A stretch of 64,000 bases of DNA, taken from contig CAVTUQ010000003.1 of NCBI GenBank assembly GCA_963737905.1, positions 38,485 to 102,484 of the forward strand. Direction: 5' to 3'. Source of the DNA: an uncultured delta proteobacterium (GTDB lineage: Bacteria; Desulfobacterota; Binatia; UBA9968). Made by a program: the position numbers and the translations under genes. Below, one piece after another: positions 40,816-51,219 of this stretch. Position 1 is the first letter of the stretch, and every line of letters starts with the position of its first letter. Below the pieces are notes generated by a model that was given only the letters and a program-made list of their open reading frames with translations, did no database searches and was not told where the DNA came from.

Positions 40816-42912
40816 TCAGTACCCGTGCAAACAATTTATACAGGACTTTTCATGCCAGCGTTGTGTCTTCATCTCGGCAATAAATGCCTTGCGAGCCGGT
40901 TCCGGTGAACCGCTGCTGTCAAGCCTATTCAACAAATTAAGCAGTGCTGTCCGCATCGTCGGCATAGCTTCCAATGCAAGGCGGGTTATTCCTCTGGCGT
41001 CATCGTACCGTCTCAAGTTCGCATACGCTTCTATAAAAGGTAACCATTCGGTCGCGTCGCTGGGTTTGAAACCGCGCCGACTCGCTTGGTCAGCGATCTG
41101 CGCCACCTGCTGCCAATCCTCGATCTGTCGGGCTAAGTCTGCTTTCTGGAAGTAATAGCACCAATCATGTTCAGGCTCGGAACCCATAATTTCAGTGGGT
41201 GGGTGAGCCGGAGAATTGGTCCTCACATCAATTCGATCCACATGTGAAGCGCTTATAGCAGCCCGTTCCACTGGATGTAACTGCGGTAACTCATCACGCG
41301 ATGGGTCAAGGACTCGCAAACAGCTCGGTGGGGAAAACCGGATAACCAAGCTGTTCGATGCGAGGCCGTCAAAAGAGAGATTTCGCATAGTCCGTTTCAG
41401 ATATGGATCACTGGTTAAACCGTGTATATCGAGCTGTATTGAGTCGCGTGTAGCCGTGACGAATTCTTCTGGTAAATGGAAAAACCAGTAGTTAAGTTGG
41501 GGAGACGAATGTTGCGGGGCATACACAAAGTTAAGTGGCGCTGCTAAGGTGTCGTCATCGATGGCCAACGCTGGTATACGCCGCATTAGAACTGACGTGC
41601 CGGGCTTGAGAGCAGGCGCCCGCCAACTAAGTTGCCAGAACAAGGATTTTTGATCTAACCAGTTCTGATGATAGTACTGGCCATTACGAAAGTGGAATCC
41701 AACAGCCGATCCAACTGCAATACTAAGAACCATTATTTGGAGCCGAGTCTTTATAATTATTTGTATGAGCCCGACTAGTAAAATGCAGGCTCCAAACATG
41801 GCTGTTAGAATATACCGACTGTACGTACCGTCCAATTCAATAAAGCGATTTCCAAACCAAACAGGCAATTCCCCGAAAAACATCGCGATCAACCCGACTA
41901 TTATCGCCTGCTTTGCCCACTGTGCTCGGTCGTCGGTGACAGTAGAAGTTGTGGAGTCAACGTTGGGTTGCAGTCGCACCAGATAGAGAGCAACTCCGAT
42001 AGCGCTCACGAGCATAACTCCCCATCCGAGGCGATCATAATCGAAGGTATCTGGCCGGAAGGTCTGTCCCCAGGCCATCAGGCTGGCCTCAACAAAATCT
42101 TCGAAGACAATGAAAGGTCGCCTGAGCAAATCTTGAAGTGGATGGGCTGCAAAATTAGAAAGAAAGGCAAGCTGGTCTGTCTCCGGCCGAATGCTTTTGA
42201 AGAGGAGTAAGCGCCAAATCAGGTATATCCCTGTCGTAGCCAGATAGGGAGACCAGTGCGTTAGTGTCCGGCGAACACGTTGCCGTGCGTTTGTATTCTC
42301 CTCGCTTAGAACCAGCCAAAGAAATATCGGCCGCAACAGTTCCAAGCCGAAGAAATATTCAGTAACCAACAAACTAAAGGCTGAGCTGGGAACTGCCAAA
42401 GCGGTAAGGGGCCAAAACAAGTTTGGAACGCGCAGTGCCCAGATCATCGCTCCCAATGAAAATATGGAGAGCGTGAGCGGAATGATGGCGCTCTGACCAA
42501 AGATCCAGGCGGACGGCTGGTAACGAAACCCCGGGTAGACAACAAACAGAAGAGCGATGCAGGCAACCTCTCGAGTCCTTCGGGGCCAAACGCCCCCCAG
42601 GCTCCACCATACCGCAACGCCACTCGACCAGCGGGCTAGTAGAGCAAGAAGGTGCCAATGAAGGGGCGCAACACCGAGCAGCGATGTCGTTAAGGTAAAC
42701 AACCAACCCTGGAAAGGTCTATCGTAGGACGCATACTCCCTCAACCTTGAGGCGTCGAGCGAATAAGAGACCCATACTGCAGGCCAGTCGTCCCAATAGA
42801 AACCCAATAAGTGAACAAACAACCCGTAACTAAGAATAGAGAGAAACAGCAGCACCAGCGGTAACATCCGTAGATGGGACAACCCGCTCAGCATCCTTGA
42901 CAAAATATTCAT
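40816..42912 (-). CDS. Polytopic membrane protein, probable GT-C-fold glycosyltransferase
   Basis: GFYWDDW acidic motif after the first TM, DRP motif, many TM helices, soluble C-terminus. Confidence 0.6.
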   Translation of the reverse strand: MNILSRMLSGLSHLRMLPLVLLFLSILSYGLFVHLLGFYWDDWPAVWVSYSLDASRLREYASYDRPFQGWLFTLTTSLLGVAPLHWHLLALLARWSSGVAVWWSLGGVWPRRTREVACIALLFVVYPGFRYQPSAWIFGQSAIIPLTLSIFSLGAMIWALRVPNLFWPLTALAVPSSAFSLLVTEYFFGLELLRPIFLWLVLSEENTNARQRVRRTLTHWSPYLATTGIYLIWRLLLFKSIRPETDQLAFLSNFAAHPLQDLLRRPFIVFEDFVEASLMAWGQTFRPDTFDYDRLGWGVMLVSAIGVALYLVRLQPNVDSTTSTVTDDRAQWAKQAIIVGLIAMFFGELPVWFGNRFIELDGTYSRYILTAMFGACILLVGLIQIIIKTRLQIMVLSIAVGSAVGFHFRNGQYYHQNWLDQKSLFWQLSWRAPALKPGTSVLMRRIPALAIDDDTLAAPLNFVYAPQHSSPQLNYWFFHLPEEFVTATRDSIQLDIHGLTSDPYLKRTMRNLSFDGLASNSLVIRFSPPSCLRVLDPSRDELPQLHPVERAAISASHVDRIDVRTNSPAHPPTEIMGSEPEHDWCYYFQKADLARQIEDWQQVAQIADQASRRGFKPSDATEWLPFIEAYANLRRYDDARGITRLALEAMPTMRTALLNLLNRLDSSGSPEPARKAFIAEMKTQRWHEKSCINCLHGY

Positions 42913-42986
42913 CTCATATTTGCGGTTTGTTAAGAAAGCAATTCAATGTTTGCCCCTCGTGTGTACGACTTGAAGATGAGTTCTGG

Positions 42987-43727
42987 TTACGCTGATGGCG
43001 CGGAACCCGTTGGATGATCTGCTTTGTCCACCTTCTTGATATGCAAAGCCCACCAAACCCGCGGAATATCCATCAGAGCCCCCAAGAGATACCTGAGCCG
43101 AGCGCCGCGATCGCGACCGGTTCGACGGACGGAGATTTCAACCGGATACTGAGTAATGCGGAAACCGGCACGAGTCGCTCGTATGAGCCGTTCTGCCTCT
43201 GAAAAGGGCGATCTCGAAATCACTGGGAAACATTGGATAATTTCGCGTCTTGTGAGCTTTACGGCTCCTGCATCATATGTGCGCACACCGAAAAGAATCA
43301 ACGGAACGATATTGAACCCCCACGAAACAAATCGGCGCCCCAGTCCGTAGTGCTTATTTACACGACTCGCGACAATAATGTCCCATTCTTTGGTTAAGGG
43401 AAGCATGTCGAAAAGAATACCGGTCCTCCATTGTTGATCAGTGGAGTTGAGGAATACAAACTCCTTACAGGCAGCTGAGTACAAATGTTCAAAGGTCGCG
43501 CTAATCCCGAGATTGTGAGGATGATGCAACACTCGCAGATCAGGAATGTGAGTCGTCAGATCTTGAATAATCGCTGCCGTTCGATCTACTGAGCCGTCAT
43601 TGCAAACTATGATTTCGTACTCTAGACCTGAGCCAGACAGCAATATATGTGCTTCTTGAAGAACTTCACCTATCGTTGCCTCCTCATTGTAGGATGGGAA
43701 ACAGACGGACACACTAGGAAGGGTCAT
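42987..43727 (-). CDS. GT2 glycosyltransferase (polyprenol-phosphate glycosyltransferase-like)
   Basis: PSYNEE, EIIVCNDGSVDRT, NLG, RRTG. Confidence 0.85.
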   Translation of the reverse strand: MTLPSVSVCFPSYNEEATIGEVLQEAHILLSGSGLEYEIIVCNDGSVDRTAAIIQDLTTHIPDLRVLHHPHNLGISATFEHLYSAACKEFVFLNSTDQQWRTGILFDMLPLTKEWDIIVASRVNKHYGLGRRFVSWGFNIVPLILFGVRTYDAGAVKLTRREIIQCFPVISRSPFSEAERLIRATRAGFRITQYPVEISVRRTGRDRGARLRYLLGALMDIPRVWWALHIKKVDKADHPTGSAPSA

Positions 43728-43768
43728 CCGTAGCGTCTCAGCTATTCATTGGTTTAATTCGCCAGATA

Positions 43769-44512
43769 TCAGAAAAGTTGCGGATGTTCGGATTTGTCGT
43801 GCTTAAGAGATGGCTGCTGCGACTGCTCATCCACTCGCCAACACAAACACAGGTCACCGTCAATCACCTGCCCTTCGGTAGTACCCCTGTGAATGTGTGA
43901 CGCGAGATGGTCAAGACTGTAAAAAAAATGTAGATGATAGTCGAAAGTGACCCGATAGAAACGTTGTTGGGGAGTGACAATGAGCACTCGGTCGCGGGTA
44001 ACCCTTTCCAATTCAAGGAAACTCAACGTTAACGAACGGACATGTTCTAAAACCATGCAGATAATTGTGGTATCAAATGATTTGGCTCGAAACGGAAGAC
44101 GTTCGGCCAAACCAATAACTGAATGAACAGTAGATTTACTACCCGAAGAAAATAAGTCCAAGGTGGTTACCTTATGAGAGAGCATAAGTCGGTCGTTAAA
44201 TGCCCCCTTGCCTGGGCCGATTTCCAGCAACATCCTTCCTGGACCGACATGGTTCCAAAGCCATCGATTCTGATTTTCCGTCGTGTCAGATTCACGGTTC
44301 TTGTACTCGCCGGCAACGTTTTTGTATGCTGCGCAGTATTCCATGTCTGTCATTGTGAACGCTTGATACTTGAAATCAGGCAGGCTTCGCCGACCAAGCC
44401 AAATTTTCGTTAGCCAAAGAAACGGCCATCTTTCCCGCACAATTGGCGGAAACCAGTCGTCTACAAGCCATCGAATGAGATTAGTTGTTTTGCGATTCAT
44501 CGCGGGTTCCAA
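43769..44512 (-). CDS. Class I SAM-dependent methyltransferase
   Basis: LEIGPGKG, LPFRAKSFD, MVLEHV. Confidence 0.85.
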   Translation of the reverse strand: MEPAMNRKTTNLIRWLVDDWFPPIVRERWPFLWLTKIWLGRRSLPDFKYQAFTMTDMEYCAAYKNVAGEYKNRESDTTENQNRWLWNHVGPGRMLLEIGPGKGAFNDRLMLSHKVTTLDLFSSGSKSTVHSVIGLAERLPFRAKSFDTTIICMVLEHVRSLTLSFLELERVTRDRVLIVTPQQRFYRVTFDYHLHFFYSLDHLASHIHRGTTEGQVIDGDLCLCWRVDEQSQQPSLKHDKSEHPQLF

Positions 44513-44557
44513 ATCTATTATGAGGGGAGTCTCCTATAGCGATGCGGGTCAGTGCTC

Positions 44558-46135
44558 CTAACGGGAGCGAGAAGAGTTGACAGAATAAGCTGTTTGGCCC
44601 TGGTTTTTGGGTCTTACAGGATTTGTGATAGTGTGCGACTGTAGCCAGCGAGCTACATAGGCCCCGGCGATCTCTGTGCCCTGTGAATTCATGTGCACAG
44701 AGAACGAGTCAAAGAGCTGTAAGCCGCTTGTGGCCGCCGCTTCGAACGCAGGACTCAAACTCACGAACCTAACGCCAAGCTCCTCACTTAGCTGGGTGAC
44801 GGCCTTTTCCAAGTTCGCCTTTGCTCGAATTTGTTGTTTTCGTATCTTAAGCCAATCGGCGCCGCTTTGGTCAGTGGAATACTCCGCGTAAATGTGTGCA
44901 GCGGTCGGAATAAACAGTATGATAGGCGCGATGCCGTGTTCCCCGCAAAGTTTCTTAAACTCCACGAGTAGTCGTTTTAGTTCCTTCCAGTTCTCTGTCC
45001 TCTGTATTTCATCGCTGGACTGGGTGTTCTGTATATCAATGAACGCGATGCGAAAAGTCCGATTTGTCGGCAGTCGAACCCATGTCAGTTTGTCAGATAA
45101 GGAACGAAAGTAAGCATCGTGGCCGAAAGTTTTAAGCAACGCGGTCTCCGCCAACAGCCAGCTTTCGTGCTCGAGATATTCCACCGTTTGTGAATATGCT
45201 GTCTGGAATTTAAGGAGCGGAGACGTTATCCCTGACTCATAACCACCCGTGAAACTCGTCGGCGATCCCGCCTTCCATTGCAAGTATTTCCCGATATCCC
45301 CAATATCGTTCCCTTCATTGAAGCTAAAAATCGCGTATTTAGGCTTTTGCACAATCCCGTATTTTTTAAATACTTCAAGGTATTGAAATGGACCATGTCC
45401 TGATATGCCGAGGTTCTCCACTGACCAGCCAGGCAAATGGCTCTCCAGCCTGCTACTGAAGGTGTCCGCCAAGCGGAGACCGGAGTTAATCATTCCGTCC
45501 CCCACGATCACGATGTCAGAAAATTGAGGCGCCTTATTATTCCTAAAACCCGCCTCGTCCGTGGTCCAATCGCTTGCCTTGCGTGGAACTTCAACGCCGT
45601 ATTCATGAGGGTCATGGGACTCTTGCATATGAACGTGAAGAAACGGTTTTGTCTTATAAACCAACAACGCATCTGGCATAAAAAGCTTCCTATAAGCATA
45701 GTAATCAACGGCGTCCAAGTGGAGCGCGTCCGCCAACGGCGGATATATCTCAGTACCACCAAGCATCATAAACCCGAGCACGAGAACCAACGCGAAGACG
45801 TAGAGTGGCATCCAAAGATTTTTAAGGGCAAGCGCCAGGAATATTACTAATGCAAGAGCCCAGAACGTACTGACGATCATCAGCGCGTCCGCTTCTGCCA
45901 AGTAATTTTCGAGGGGAGTGATGGACCGCCCTGCCATAACCCAGTTCACAACTGGCATTGACTCACTTTGATAAATAGCTTTGACAAGACGATATCCAAA
46001 CAGGCCATACAAGACCCAGGAAAGGAGGATACATCCGAGAAGAACCACTATACATTTTGTCAAAACGTCCTTGTTGAGCCACTTAGTCATACTCGGTTTT
46101 CCGTTTATAATAAAAAACTCGGATGGAATTATCAA
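44558..46135 (-). CDS. SGNH/AlgX-like membrane-anchored protein with a degenerate active site
   Basis: TDEAGFRN, IVGDGM (no Ser), NLGISGHGP, NEGND, VHMNSQG. Confidence 0.7.
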   Translation of the reverse strand: MIIPSEFFIINGKPSMTKWLNKDVLTKCIVVLLGCILLSWVLYGLFGYRLVKAIYQSESMPVVNWVMAGRSITPLENYLAEADALMIVSTFWALALVIFLALALKNLWMPLYVFALVLVLGFMMLGGTEIYPPLADALHLDAVDYYAYRKLFMPDALLVYKTKPFLHVHMQESHDPHEYGVEVPRKASDWTTDEAGFRNNKAPQFSDIVIVGDGMINSGLRLADTFSSRLESHLPGWSVENLGISGHGPFQYLEVFKKYGIVQKPKYAIFSFNEGNDIGDIGKYLQWKAGSPTSFTGGYESGITSPLLKFQTAYSQTVEYLEHESWLLAETALLKTFGHDAYFRSLSDKLTWVRLPTNRTFRIAFIDIQNTQSSDEIQRTENWKELKRLLVEFKKLCGEHGIAPIILFIPTAAHIYAEYSTDQSGADWLKIRKQQIRAKANLEKAVTQLSEELGVRFVSLSPAFEAAATSGLQLFDSFSVHMNSQGTEIAGAYVARWLQSHTITNPVRPKNQGQTAYSVNSSRSR

Positions 46136-47505
46136 AGTTTAGACTCGACTGAAATCTTCGGTCTGTTGAACTCCTTCAGCAAATTGTGCCTCTGCAGGTC
46201 GTCGGCCGCGTGTCCGATCACGCTAAACTCTAAACCAGATTTTTCGGCGATATCGAGGAGACTATGATTGCCATCCGAAAGGTTTAACACCCAAAGCATC
46301 GCAAGCTCTCGGCGTTTTCCTTCCGCTTGACCGCCTATCATGCTGTATAAGCCTCTTCGGCCCAACTGGGGTTCGCATTTTGGATTCTGATTCAAGTACG
46401 TCCGGTTGTTTTCCAAGACGTCCAGAATTGCCAAACATTTAGCAAAGGAATCACGGAGATATTCCGGTTTCACCAACTCCAGATCATCCGCGGACGTGTG
46501 GTATTGAGGAAATTGACCATGAGGCGTTCTCATGAAGCAGCCAACAGGGAGATTGAAGCCCGGTGAACAGAACTGCCTCTCGTCGTAGCCATAGGGAGAA
46601 AAATCGGTGACGGCATAATCGTCCCCCGAATCTTTTAAGATCTGGCCTACGGCTCGATCAATTTCGGCATTGCCCTTCCTGCTTTTCTTATAGGTAATTT
46701 TCCCTGCGTCACCGACACAGGCCAACACAAGACCATGTTTGATCCGGGTTGTCTGAGCTTCATTCAAACTCAGCCAGGTGATGGAACCGATAGTACCAGG
46801 CGTGAACAGCAACCGGTAGGAGTATTTCGTTGAGAGCGCGCTCAAGTGCTTGCTCAGAAACACCGCCAATGCAATGCTTGACAGGTTGTCATTGGCAAGC
46901 GACGGGTGGCAAATATGTGTGGAAATTAAAACCTCATCCTCCGTTTGTCCCTTAAGAAAATACTCTCCGTAGGTGAGATGACCGTCCTCCAACGACGCGT
47001 CGACGAAGACTTCGAATTCACCGTTGGAAAGCGCCACAAGTTGATTGTGGCTAAGGCAAAATCCCCAGTTTTCTTTGTAGTAAGAGGTTCGGTATGGAAT
47101 CCAGTCAGGATGCTCGGGCAGAGTATAAAGATGTTTTTTCAGCTCCTCGAGCGACATTCTGGCGTTAACCGGCATGCTATAGTTCAAAAGATGGAGATTC
47201 GATTTTTGAAAATCGATGATTTTTCTCCCCGCTGAATCTTTGACGTACGCTTCTTTGACATTCCACTCTTTGGGAACGATCCAATCAAAAACTCTCGTTC
47301 CACTGGGAACCTCGCGCACCTCCAACGGAACATGTCTCTTGATGATTTCGAGCGTCTGACGCACTCCATTGCCCGTAATACTTCGACAGATTGGAAATAA
47401 ATCATTGATAAGCCGCAACATTTCCTCGCCGACGGTGAAGGTATCAATGTCCCTTGTGGTGAGCTTCGTATTACCGAATGGGTCGGATGACTCAGGGTGC
47501 GACAT
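46132..47505 (-). CDS. DUF4910/DUF2172 M28-aminopeptidase-like protein with C-terminal wHTH
   Basis: PICRSITGNG, IPYRTSYY, HICHPSLANDNLS, GYDERQFCSPG, YHTSADD, EPQLGRRGLY. Confidence 0.9.
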   Translation of the reverse strand: MSHPESSDPFGNTKLTTRDIDTFTVGEEMLRLINDLFPICRSITGNGVRQTLEIIKRHVPLEVREVPSGTRVFDWIVPKEWNVKEAYVKDSAGRKIIDFQKSNLHLLNYSMPVNARMSLEELKKHLYTLPEHPDWIPYRTSYYKENWGFCLSHNQLVALSNGEFEVFVDASLEDGHLTYGEYFLKGQTEDEVLISTHICHPSLANDNLSSIALAVFLSKHLSALSTKYSYRLLFTPGTIGSITWLSLNEAQTTRIKHGLVLACVGDAGKITYKKSRKGNAEIDRAVGQILKDSGDDYAVTDFSPYGYDERQFCSPGFNLPVGCFMRTPHGQFPQYHTSADDLELVKPEYLRDSFAKCLAILDVLENNRTYLNQNPKCEPQLGRRGLYSMIGGQAEGKRRELAMLWVLNLSDGNHSLLDIAEKSGLEFSVIGHAADDLQRHNLLKEFNRPKISVESKL

Positions 47506-47543
47506 GGCTTAATAGCTTTGTGTTTCGCGCGCGCTATATTAGA

Positions 47544-49265
47544 CTAATTCTTGGCAATCCGCTGAAAGATATAGACAGGCGGGTTTACGAATTGGAACTC
47601 GGCCCTCAGCCCAAGCGGCTCAAAATGGTATTTGGCCGCAAGTCGATATCCAGAATTGGGCAAGGCGAGTTTGCGCAGCTTTTCCGGATATAAATCCTCG
47701 ATAAGCACTATATACTCGGGTTGGTCGGCATTGCTTTGCAACTCTTCTGATCGCTTATCATACGGACCGACATTGTCGATATAATTGACGTATGTTTGCT
47801 CCCGTACCTGGAGGCCAAAGTTGTGGCCCGCCCATTTCTCGGCGTTTAGAATGATTTGCCTGATTTTCTGATAAGGTAGGTAGCGGGCTAGGTTTTCGCG
47901 GTTCTCGCTTGCGTAATCCATAGTCTGTTCGTCTCGCACAGAATTAATGACATTATACTTCTCTTCCGAAATAATGGGCCCCCGCTCCCCTACCTCGATT
48001 GTGGCATTTGCAGGCACGTTCCGCTCAATCCAGTCGGCACCGGCATAACGGCTATCGTTAGAGAACTGCGCAACGATCGCGGCGGTATACATTAAGGAAT
48101 AAAACACGAGCCCCGCCGCTCCAAACTTTGCGACAAGAGCATAGCGCTGCGGCAAGGCGCTAGTCATATCCACAAATGCATAAGCAGCCAAAATCATCAA
48201 AGGGGGGAAGAGAAATGGCAGGTACCAAGATTGAACGCTGGTCGACCCGAAGATGAAATAATAAGGCAAGAAGGTGGACAAGAGCCAAAGTATGGCGGTT
48301 GTATTCTTGTTCAATGCTAGATTACAAAGTCCATATGCCAATCCGGACAGCGCCGCAAGAAAAAGCGGCAATCCTAAGCCCGCTTTCATGTCGTACAGAA
48401 CTCTTATGTACGAACTCTGTTCCGATCCCCACCCTTTAAGGGCTTGATAAAACATGTCGCGTGTAAATCCGTCCAAGAATTCGAAGGTAGAGGTAAAAAG
48501 CACGGGGTTTGCGAGTGAATAGCCTCCAGCGATAAGAATAGCGAGCATGATAAGCCGCCGGAGGTTTAATCCTTCTCGCCTCAGAAAATGCGCCAATAAT
48601 AACGGAAACAGAATAACCAGTCGGTCAATTTTTATGCCAATAGCGAAACCGGCGGTGATAGCGGCCAAAGCATACCAGACGGTTTCACCCCGTTTCCACA
48701 TCAACAACGCGAATAAGCAAGCAAGCCAATACCAAAAATTTGCCGGGTTATCCACCGTAGCAAAGTGTGCCACGGCCACAAATGACATGGATACACTGAG
48801 GAGCGATACTGCAAAATAAGCTACCGTTTTATCGAAAAGTATTGTCCCGATAACGAACGTAAAAAATACTATTGCTGTAGACATCACGGCAGAAATGATG
48901 CGCGCGACGACGATCATTCGGGCCATTCTCGGTTCCCACCAGCGGCTGCGGGCCAAACGATCGTCCCTCGGCGGGAGCGGATCAAAGATCGCGCTCTGTA
49001 CATAAACTGGGATCACAGCAAAAGCTGCCACAACGTAGTAATGCAGACCCCCGTATCTAAAATCATGTGGATTTAAGCTGTGAGCCGCCACCATCTGAAG
49101 AGCGCGGTCAGTGATCTCGTCCGGATGCCATTGTTTCGGGGCACCCCAACGAATACCCCACGAATTTAGAATCAGGCTTAGGATCAGAACTGACCAAAGG
49201 AGTTTGTAACCCTTAAAGTAAGGGCTAAACCGTGAGGACATTGTCACAAAGATTTCATAGAACAT
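47544..49265 (-). CDS. ArnT/PMT (GT39/GT83-like) GT-C glycosyltransferase
   Basis: WHPDE motif after TM1, LNPHDFRYG, AHFATVD, many TM helices. Confidence 0.85.
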   Translation of the reverse strand: MFYEIFVTMSSRFSPYFKGYKLLWSVLILSLILNSWGIRWGAPKQWHPDEITDRALQMVAAHSLNPHDFRYGGLHYYVVAAFAVIPVYVQSAIFDPLPPRDDRLARSRWWEPRMARMIVVARIISAVMSTAIVFFTFVIGTILFDKTVAYFAVSLLSVSMSFVAVAHFATVDNPANFWYWLACLFALLMWKRGETVWYALAAITAGFAIGIKIDRLVILFPLLLAHFLRREGLNLRRLIMLAILIAGGYSLANPVLFTSTFEFLDGFTRDMFYQALKGWGSEQSSYIRVLYDMKAGLGLPLFLAALSGLAYGLCNLALNKNTTAILWLLSTFLPYYFIFGSTSVQSWYLPFLFPPLMILAAYAFVDMTSALPQRYALVAKFGAAGLVFYSLMYTAAIVAQFSNDSRYAGADWIERNVPANATIEVGERGPIISEEKYNVINSVRDEQTMDYASENRENLARYLPYQKIRQIILNAEKWAGHNFGLQVREQTYVNYIDNVGPYDKRSEELQSNADQPEYIVLIEDLYPEKLRKLALPNSGYRLAAKYHFEPLGLRAEFQFVNPPVYIFQRIAKN

Positions 49266-49309
49266 CCTAAATAACCCTTACCTCGGGTACAGGCACTTGA
49301 AGCAGCCCG

Positions 49310-50536
49310 CTATTTAACGTGAACGATGTCGAGATAACGCGAGGCCACACCCAGTACTCGCTGGAGATCCGATTTTTTCAGCATCGTGGGAAGGGCGACG
49401 CATCCGCGGCTCATCTCCTCTGCCGTTGGACAGCTGCCCCATTTGTACAAAGCGCGAGCCATATCACAGTTCGCCGGCGTGAGTGGGGCTTCCCACTGCC
49501 GCAGCTCAATTTGGTGTGCTTGGAAGCGTTCTATCGCTTCGTCCCGGTTTCGGACCTGAAGGGGATACCACATCAGTGGAAGGTCAGTCGCCGGGCCACC
49601 GAGTCGTTCAGCGAAGGCTCTCACGCACGCGCGGCGGCGTTCACTGATCGACGAAAGTTGCTCTAGCTGGCGGATCAATAAACTCCCTTGAATGTCAGCC
49701 AAGCGTCCCAGCAGTTGGTTCGGTGGTTCGCCACGACATTCACTTAAGGGAACTGCGTCCCAAAACACGCCTCTTCTGAACAGCAACCCACGAATCAAAT
49801 TGAAGAGCGCAAACAGACCCGGATGGCAGGTAAATACAGTAACAAACAACTGGGCGCCTATCCTCAAGTTATCGTCACGGCTTAATGGCGAAACTTCTTG
49901 CTGCATCTGACGCAGACGCCGGGCGATTTCTTCGCTAGCGGTCACCACCGCACCACCCCAACCGCTGGAGATTGTCTTTCCTCTCTCGAAGGAAAAGTAA
50001 GCCGCGTCTCCCCCGGTTCCAATAGGCTTCTTGTCATGGGCCGACCCCGGCAAAACGTGAGTGCAATCCTCGATCACCAGGATGCTTCGTTCTTTCGCCA
50101 AAGCAATGATCTCCGCCATGCGTTCCGGAAGCCCGAACATATGCTGCGCGATAATAGCCTTGGTCCTTGGGGTAAGCGCAGCGCGAAGCGCTGCGAGGTT
50201 CATGCGGTAATCACGCCCGATATCTACGTAAATGGGTCGCGCGCCGCAGTGAAGAATCGTATAGGGAACAACGACACAAGTGAGGCCCGGGATAATCACG
50301 TCGTCCCCTGCGCCGATCCCCATTGCTTTTAGAATTGCCCGTAGTGAATTCCTGCCGCTGCTGAAAGTGGTCACATGACTTACGCCAAGAACGGATGCGA
50401 GGGCTGACTCCAGACGCCGTACACTTCGGCCGTCACACGGACGCGTGCCGGCCCAGTCTGGATCAAGTCGAGAAGAATCGAAGCTAAATTGACAAATCCG
50501 TATACGCAGGAATCTCGGCTGTGGATCTCCCGCCAA
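49310..50536 (-). CDS. DegT/DnrJ-family PLP sugar aminotransferase (start uncertain, possible frameshift near 50450)
   Basis: SSGRNSL, TCVVVP, QHMFG, IEDCTH, FSFERGKTISSGWGG. Confidence 0.82.
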   Translation of the reverse strand: MAGDPQPRFLRIRICQFSFDSSRLDPDWAGTRPCDGRSVRRLESALASVLGVSHVTTFSSGRNSLRAILKAMGIGAGDDVIIPGLTCVVVPYTILHCGARPIYVDIGRDYRMNLAALRAALTPRTKAIIAQHMFGLPERMAEIIALAKERSILVIEDCTHVLPGSAHDKKPIGTGGDAAYFSFERGKTISSGWGGAVVTASEEIARRLRQMQQEVSPLSRDDNLRIGAQLFVTVFTCHPGLFALFNLIRGLLFRRGVFWDAVPLSECRGEPPNQLLGRLADIQGSLLIRQLEQLSSISERRRACVRAFAERLGGPATDLPLMWYPLQVRNRDEAIERFQAHQIELRQWEAPLTPANCDMARALYKWGSCPTAEEMSRGCVALPTMLKKSDLQRVLGVASRYLDIVHVK

Positions 50537-50644
50537 TTATTTCGTAACATCAGTCCATATGACCAAGTTAAAAACCGCGAACGTTTCAAAAGATCCACAA
50601 CGGACAGCGGCGCTTTGTTTTTTAGACTACTTATTATTTGCATC

Positions 50645-51218
50645 TTAATATTTGTGGGTTGTAGGTACATCGATCGCATTCCGAGTTGGCACGATAAAAT
50701 CCGGGTATGTCCGGTCACGAATAGAGATCGTTCGATCGGCGGGTGGCCATTGAATTCCAAAGGCCGGGTCATCCCATCTAACCCCCCGCACGTATTCAGG
50801 AGCGTAGAACACGGAAACTTCATAGAACACCTCAGTGGCGTTCTCTAAAGTCTGAAAGCCGTGAGCAAAACCTTCCGGTACGTAGAGTATGTTTCGATTT
50901 TCTGCGTTGAGCTCCAAAGATGCCCATTGCGTAAAAGTCGGCGAATCGGGCCGCACGTCGATAATGACGTCGTGAATAGCACCCCGTGTGCATCGTCACC
51001 GTTCTAACTTCGGCATGAGGCGCTATCTGGTAATGCATGCCCCGTAACGTTCCTCGCTTCTGATTGTAAGAGATATTGCACTGGGCGATGTGTGGGTTCA
51101 GGCCGTGCTGCGTAAACTCGTCCCGGCACCGCGTTCGAGCGAAAAACCCTCGTTCATCCTTGAGCTTTTCGGGCTCGATGACAAACGCCCCCTTGAGCTT
51201 GGTCTCAGTGAAAATCAT
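50645..51218 (-). CDS. rfbC: dTDP-4-dehydrorhamnose 3,5-epimerase family; +1 indel near 50997
   Basis: DERGFFAR, GTLRGMHYQ then in a second frame RCTRGAIHDVIID, PEGFAHGFQTL, WDDPAFGIQWP. Confidence 0.9.
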
Positions 51219-51219
51219 G

